Source: Malacoraja senta (Eukaryota). Taken from it: a DNA stretch of 64,000 bases. How positions within the stretch are numbered: the first letter of the stretch is position 1; each line of letters begins with the position of its first letter. Location: the NCBI GenBank assembly GCA_038087875.1, contig CM075990.1, positions 17,672,001 to 17,736,000 of the forward strand. Direction: 5' to 3'. Made by a program: the position numbers and the translations under genes. Below, piece by piece: positions 57,771 to 64,000 of this stretch. The notes below the pieces were generated by a model. The model saw only the letters and a list, made by a program, of their open reading frames with translations. It had not been told where the DNA came from and searched no databases.

Positions 57771-59469
57771 TCCATGCCTACACTATCTTGGATTTTCACA
57801 CTTTAAGTCCACATTATGATCAGAGTTGTTCATTAACGCTGCGATAAATATAAAATACTCATCAAACATAACAACCTGCGTCTTCAAATCAGGCCCAGCA
57901 CTCCCGGTGTAAGCACATCCGTACATCCCAGTGTTCCCGAGATCATGGATACATCCAGGATCTCCAGCTGAGATCATTGATAACTACCCAGGGCGTCTGT
58001 GGGATAATAGAGCCATTTGACAGGCCCTTCGGCCCAACATGTCCCACCTACCTGCATTCGGCCCATATCCCGCTAAACCTGTCCTATCCATGTACCTGTC
58101 CAAAATGTTTCTTAAAAGTTACAGTACCCCCTCCTCTGCAGCTCATTCCATACACTCACAACCCTCTGTGTAAAAAAAGGTTGTCGCTCAGTTTCCTATA
58201 AAATCTTTCCCCCCTCACCTTAAACCTGTGTGCTCAGGTTCTTGAATCCACTACTCTAGGTAAAAGACTGAGCATTTACCTCTCATGATCTTATACACCT
58301 CTGTAACATCACCCCTCATCTTCCTGCACTCGAGGGAATAAAGTCCTAGCCTGCTCAACCTCTCCCTATAGCTCAGCCCCACAAGCCCTGGCAACATCCT
58401 CAGAAATCTGTGCTCCCTTTGCAACTTAACAACATGGTGACCAAAACTGATGACAATACTGTAAATGATGGAGCTCTCCCCACAGTCTGATCTAACTGCT
58501 GACACAAAGTGCTGGAGTAACTCAGGGGGTCAGGCAGCATCTGAAGAAGATTTTTTGAAGGGTAACGACCCAGACGTCACCTATCCACCTTTTCCAAAGA
58601 TAGTCCTGACCCGCTGAGCTACTCCAGAACTTTGTGTCTTGTTTTGTAAACCAGCATCTGCAGTTTCTTGTGGCTCCATTTACTGGCGATGGCCGTGGAC
58701 ACCTACAGCAGAAGGCAACTCCACACCAGCACCTCATGGGATTCAGCCCATCCAGTGAATGGATTAACACATAACACAGCGAGCCAGACAACTGGCATGG
58801 ACATCTCCTGTCCTGAGCAGGTTTACTGGATTTCTGAGATCTTTCCTGGTTTATTAAAGCTGCTCTGATGGATGTGAGTTCATGCTGGTGAATGGGCCTA
58901 CGACACTAGGGTCCAGAGATCCCACCCTTCACAGTTCCCCCAGTGCTTGACACGCAGCTCGTCACCTTGGATCAAGTGCGGGGGTTGGGGTGTTGAGTTT
59001 GTAACTCTGTGAGCATGGTGTGAGATGGGATGGTGGTGAGCAGCTGACCACCCAGCTCTGCATTGCAGCACAACCCTACAGGGAACACAATCTGCCTAAT
59101 TAGTCATCGGCTGGCAGGGAGTGTGACCCTGCACAATCCTGCAGAGCAATCCGCGCCTCCCAAGGCTCCTGTACCTGCTCTGAAATATTCATCATTGCTG
59201 TCTTCCTGTCCGCGTTCTGGGAAATGGCTGTTTGCTGCAATGAAATGCAGGCAATGGAAAGATGAAAAGTCCCAATTCATGATGCAATTACCCAGCTGTC
59301 AGAGAGGAACCATTTAAATGTCTACACCTATTTTGTTTCAACTGATTAAGATAGATTAAAATCTGAAACAGATCCAATTTGATGCTGCTTGTACACCAAG
59401 TTCACACAGAGCTGTTATTTTCAGCTGTGGAGAGTTTGCTGTAAAGAATTGCAACTCGAGTATAGTTTG

Positions 59470-60730
59470 AACAGAGAATACTACAGCACAGGAACAGGCT
59501 AAAGCCCACCAAACATGGTGCCAAAATAACCTAGTCCCCTCTGCCTGCACGTGATCCATGTCTCTCCATTCCCTGCACTTCCATCAAATGCCCCGATTGT
59601 ATCTGCCTCCACCACTGCCCCTGGCAGTGCGTTCCAGGCACCCATGGGGTCACATTGCACCACGGGGTCACAGTGCACCACGGGGTCACAGGGGTCACAC
59701 TGCACTACGGGATCACAGTGCACCACAGGGTCACACTTCATCATTGCATGCAGAACAACATGTCCAATCTACACAAGTCTCGTTAGCCTGCATTTGGCCC
59801 ATATCCCTCTAAGCCTGTCCTATCATTGTATCTGTGCGGTGTCCTTTAAATGTTGTTATAAGCCCAGCCTCAACTACATCCTCTGGCAGCATGTTCCACA
59901 TACCCACCACCCTCTGTGTGGAAATTGTTGACACTCTCACCTCCAACCTATGTCCTCTGGCTCTTGATTCCCCTACTGTGGGTAAAAGACTCGGTGCACT
60001 CACCCAATCTATTCTCCTCATGCTTATACAGCTCCACGATCACCTCTCATCCTCCTACACTCAAAGGAATAAAGCATTGGCCTGCTCAATCTCTCCCTGT
60101 AACTCAGGCCCTCGAGTCCTGACAACCTCCCCATAAATCTCTGCACCTTTTCCAGCTTAATTATATCCTAATGGTACCAAAGCTGAAGACAATACTCTAA
60201 ATACGACCTCACCAACATCTTGTACAGCTGTAACATAATGTCCCACATTCTATATTCAATACCCTGACTGATGAAGGGCAATGTGCAGAAAGCCTTCTTG
60301 ACACCTTATCTCCCTGTGATGCGACATTCAAGCAACTATGTACTCCTAGATCCCTCTGCTCTACAACACTCCCCAGAGCCCTGCCATTCACCGTGCAGAT
60401 CCTGCCCTGGACAAAAGGAATAGGTGACGTTTGGTATTGAGACTCTTCAGTCTGAAGCAGGGTCTTGACTTGAACCGTCACCTATTCCCTTTGTCCAGAG
60501 ATGCTGCCTGACCCACTGAGTTACTCCAGCTTTTTGTGTTTATCTTCCGTTTAAACCAGCATCGGCAGTTCCTTCCTGCACATCAAGGTGCCCAAAATGC
60601 ACCTCACACCTATCTGCATTGAAGTCCATTAGCCATTCCTCAGCCCAACTGATCAACATCCTGCTGTAATATTTGATAACCATCTTCACTGCCTACACCA
60701 CCCACTTTAACATCATCAGCAAATTTACTA
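59470..60730 (-). mobile_element. Degenerate CR1 LINE fragments with a nested PLE-derived element (60408-60582) and an 18-bp minisatellite (59645-59740)
   Basis: Reverse-complement CR1 3' motifs (cccaccaccctctgtgtg, cttgattcccctact), VVEQRDLGV. Confidence 0.85.
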
Positions 60731-61219
60731 ATCATGTAAATCATTTATATAAACCACAAACAGTCGGAAACACAACCTTCCACCAACACCCCTGGTCCCT
60801 TCCATGAAGCTGCTTCTGTGCAGGCAGCGAGACTAACCCTGTGTCCCTGGTGAGAGAGTAGGAGGTGTGTGGAGCAAGGGGGCTGTGTCCTAGTGCAGAC
60901 AGACGGACACAAACTCATTCCATGGCGGATCAACTGCACCCCGAATAAACCAGAAGCTCAACGGCAGCTAATTACATTGATCCTGTAATTGCATAAAACC
61001 TTACACCCACTGATTCTTTTCAAATCCTTAATTGCTGCTTGGAAACCCGGCAGATCCCTGTGGGTGGGAAGCTGTTAGTTCCTGTCTCGTTAAATATTTG
61101 CTTTGTAAATATTTATAAGGTGAGTGTGTAGTTTCTCATCACATGAATAACATCTCCAAGGAATTTGGTTCCTGACACAACGCTTTTGGCATTGTTAAAA
61201 AGGGAAGAATAAAATGCTT

Positions 61220-63365
61220 GGGCATCTGTTATAACAAGGAAAGGAAGGGTCCGAGATGGATTCTTGGAGCATCTTGTAGCGGAGCCAACCAGGGAAAAGG
61301 CAATTTTGGATTTTGTGTTATGTAATGAACTGGATTTGATAAAGGAACTCAAGGTAAAGGAACCATTATGAGGTAGCGACCCAATATGATAAGTTTTATT
61401 CTGCAATTTGACAGAGAGAAGGTCAAATTGGATGTGTCGGTTTTGCAGCTGAGCAAAGGGAACTACAGAGGCATGAGGGAGGAGCCGGCCAAAGTTGACT
61501 GGAAAGGGACCCTAGCAGGGATGGCGGTGGAACAGCAATAGCAGGAGTTTCTGGGAATAATCCGGAAGATGCAGGATCTTTTCATTCCAAAGAGGAAGAG
61601 AGATTCTAGGGGAAGAAAGTGGCGATCGCGGCTGACAAGGGAACTAAAACTAAAAGAAAATGCATATAACATAGCAACGGTTAGTGGGAAGCCAGAGGAT
61701 TGGGAAGCTTTTAAAGAACAACAGAAGGTGACTAAAAAGACAATACGGGGAGAAAAGATGAAATACGAAGGTAAGCTAACCAATAATATAAAAGAGGCTA
61801 GCAAGAGTTTCTGCTCTCGGTTGCAGGGATGTGCTGCAATGCAGAGCTGGGTGGTCAGCTGCTCACCACAAGCAAGAAAGAGGCAAGAGTGGACATTGGA
61901 CTGCTGGAGAATGATGCAGGAGACATGATAATGGGGAATAAAGAAATGGCAGAGGAGTTTGAATAACGTTTTTGCATCAGTCTTCACAGTGGAAGACACC
62001 AGCAAAAGCCTGAAATTCAAGAGAGTCAGGGGGTTGGAAGTTAGTGGAGTGGCTATTACCAGGGAGAAGGTGCTTGGGATTGTGGAGGCATTAATAGTAA
62101 TATTTAAAGAATCACTCGAGTCAGGAGTGGTCCCAGACGATTGGAAAATGGCCAATGTTACCCTGCTGCACAAGAAGGGAGTGAGGCAGAATAGTGGGAA
62201 CTACAGGTCTGACTTTGGTGGTTGGTACGATTTTAGTCCATTATAAAGGATGAGGTTACGGAGTACTTAGAAGTTCACAATACAATATGCCGAAGTCAGT
62301 GTAGCTTTGTGAAGGGGATGTCTTGCTTGACAAATTTGCTGGAATTCTTTGAAGAAGTAAATAGCAGGACAAAGGAGAGTCAGTAGATGTTGTTTACTTA
62401 GATTTTCAAGAAAGCCTTTGATAAGGTGCCACGTTAGGCTGCTTAGGAAGATGAGAGCCCATGGTATCAAAGGGCAGATACTAGCCTGGATAGCAGGTTG
62501 GCTCGATGGCAGAAGGCAAAGAGTGGCAATAAAGGGGCCTTTTTCTGGTTGGCTGCCAGTGACTAGCGGAGTTCCGCAGAGGTCAGTGCTGGGGCCACTA
62601 CTCTTCACGTTGTATATTAATGATTTGGACGAGGGGATTGAAGGCTTTGTGGCCAAGTTTGCAGATGATCCAAAAATAGGTGGAGAGGCAGGTAGTGTAG
62701 AGAAAACAGGGACTCTGCAGCAGGACTTGGACAGGTTGGGAGAGTGGGCAGAGAAGTGGCAGATGGAATATAGTGTGGCAAAGTGTGGAGTCATGCATTT
62801 TGGTAGTAGGAATAAAGGTGTAGACTATCCAGAAATCGGAGGTGCAAAGGGACTTGGGAGCTGGTGCAGGATTCCCAAAAAGTTAATCTGCAAGTCGAAT
62901 CGGTAGTAAAGAAGGCACACTCAATGCGAGCATTTATTTCAATAGGTTGATATACAAAATCAGGGCTGTAATGCTGAGGCTCTATAATGTGCTGGTAAGG
63001 CCACATTTGGAATATTGTGAGGAATTTTGGGCACCATAATCTGAGGAAGGATGTGCTGCCGCTGGAGAGGGTCCAGAGGAGGTTTACAAGAATGATCCCA
63101 GGAATGTGCAAGTTAACCTATGATGAGCGTTTGTCAGCACTGGGCCTGTACTCACTGGAGTTTAGAAAAATGAGGGGGGACCTCATTGAAACATACTTAA
63201 TAGTGAAATGCTTGGATAGAGTGGTGGAGAGGATGTTTCCACTAGTGGGAGAGTCGAGGATTAGAGGTCACAGCCTCAGAATTAAAGAACGTGCTTTTCG
63301 GAAGGAGATGAGGAGGAATTTCTTTAGTCAGAGGGTGGTGAAGCCGTGGAATTCTTTGCCACGGA
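61220..63365 (+). mobile_element. Degenerate CR1 LINE ORF2 (end of APE endonuclease through RT; many frameshifts)
   Basis: WKMANVTLLHKKG, SGVPQRSVLGPLLFTLYINDL, AKFADD, LERVQRRFTRMIPG in shifting frames. Confidence 0.92.
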
Positions 63366-64000
63366 ACGCTGAGACAGACCAGGTCCTGTGTAATTACTGC
63401 TCGGGAGAGCAGGCAGCGCCCGGGGGAGTTCTCCCTCGCTGCTCCAGAGAACATACACGGAGAGAGCAAGGTTGTCACGGCAGCGCCGCGCAGTGCGTTT
63501 AAACAGAGTGAAACTCACCATAGCTCGTTGACAGCAGCCTAGCTTTGTCTGAGTCTGTCCCTCAGTCTGAAGAAGGGTCTCGACCCGAAACATCACCCAT
63601 TCCTTCTCTCCACAGACGCTGCCTGACCCGCTGAGTTACTCCAGCATTGTGTGTCTGTCTTCAGCGTGGCGCAGCCTCCCTGGAGCACAGCAGGGTCCTA
63701 GCGCCCGCCCTTCACCCCTGCCCCACTTTACCTTGCAAAAAAAACAGACGCAAAATAAAACATACATAAATCCACACGCAAAATGCAGTGGCAACATTCA
63801 CTGTAAAAAGTTCTCAAACTATTACTTTCGGGTTTGCGGGGTTAATCGAGCAGCAGGACTGGAGGCGGCAGCAGCAGCAGTGTCGGCGCTGGCCTGCAGA
63901 GGGCAGCCTCTCCCCGCTTGCTGAAAAACTCAACAAATGCATACCCACACACCAGAGGTCACACACACCCACACACCAGGGGTCACACACACCCAGACAC

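Overview
Vertebrate genomic DNA, most likely from a cartilaginous fish (skate/ray/shark). This is inferred from abundant HE1/V-SINE-like tRNA SINEs and HER1/CR1 LINE tails. Three spliced protein-coding genes lie in tandem on the + strand, reconstructed by hand with consistent intron phases. (1) The 3' half of an ADAM8-like metalloprotease: 12 exons, 6902-20164, disintegrin to cytoplasmic tail; upstream exons were not found and there is a 200-N assembly gap at 5435-5634. (2) A complete SPEF1-like gene: 7 exons, 25405-39078, with a GC-AG intron and an upstream RFX X-box. (3) A complete COMTD1: 7 exons, 48762-57364. Introns and intergenic DNA hold CR1, Rex1/Babar and Penelope-like (PLE) retroelements, SINEs, a MITE fragment and many minisatellites. 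The most notable signal is a family of roughly 20 short, often palindromic, PLE-terminus-derived elements carrying a minimal hammerhead-ribozyme core (CTGAAGA..stem II..GAAA-CG-TC). One copy (23922-23965) folds into a complete type I hammerhead, and a Penelope copy is nested inside another of these elements with a 13-bp TSD. Transposon boundaries are approximate; no database searches were run.
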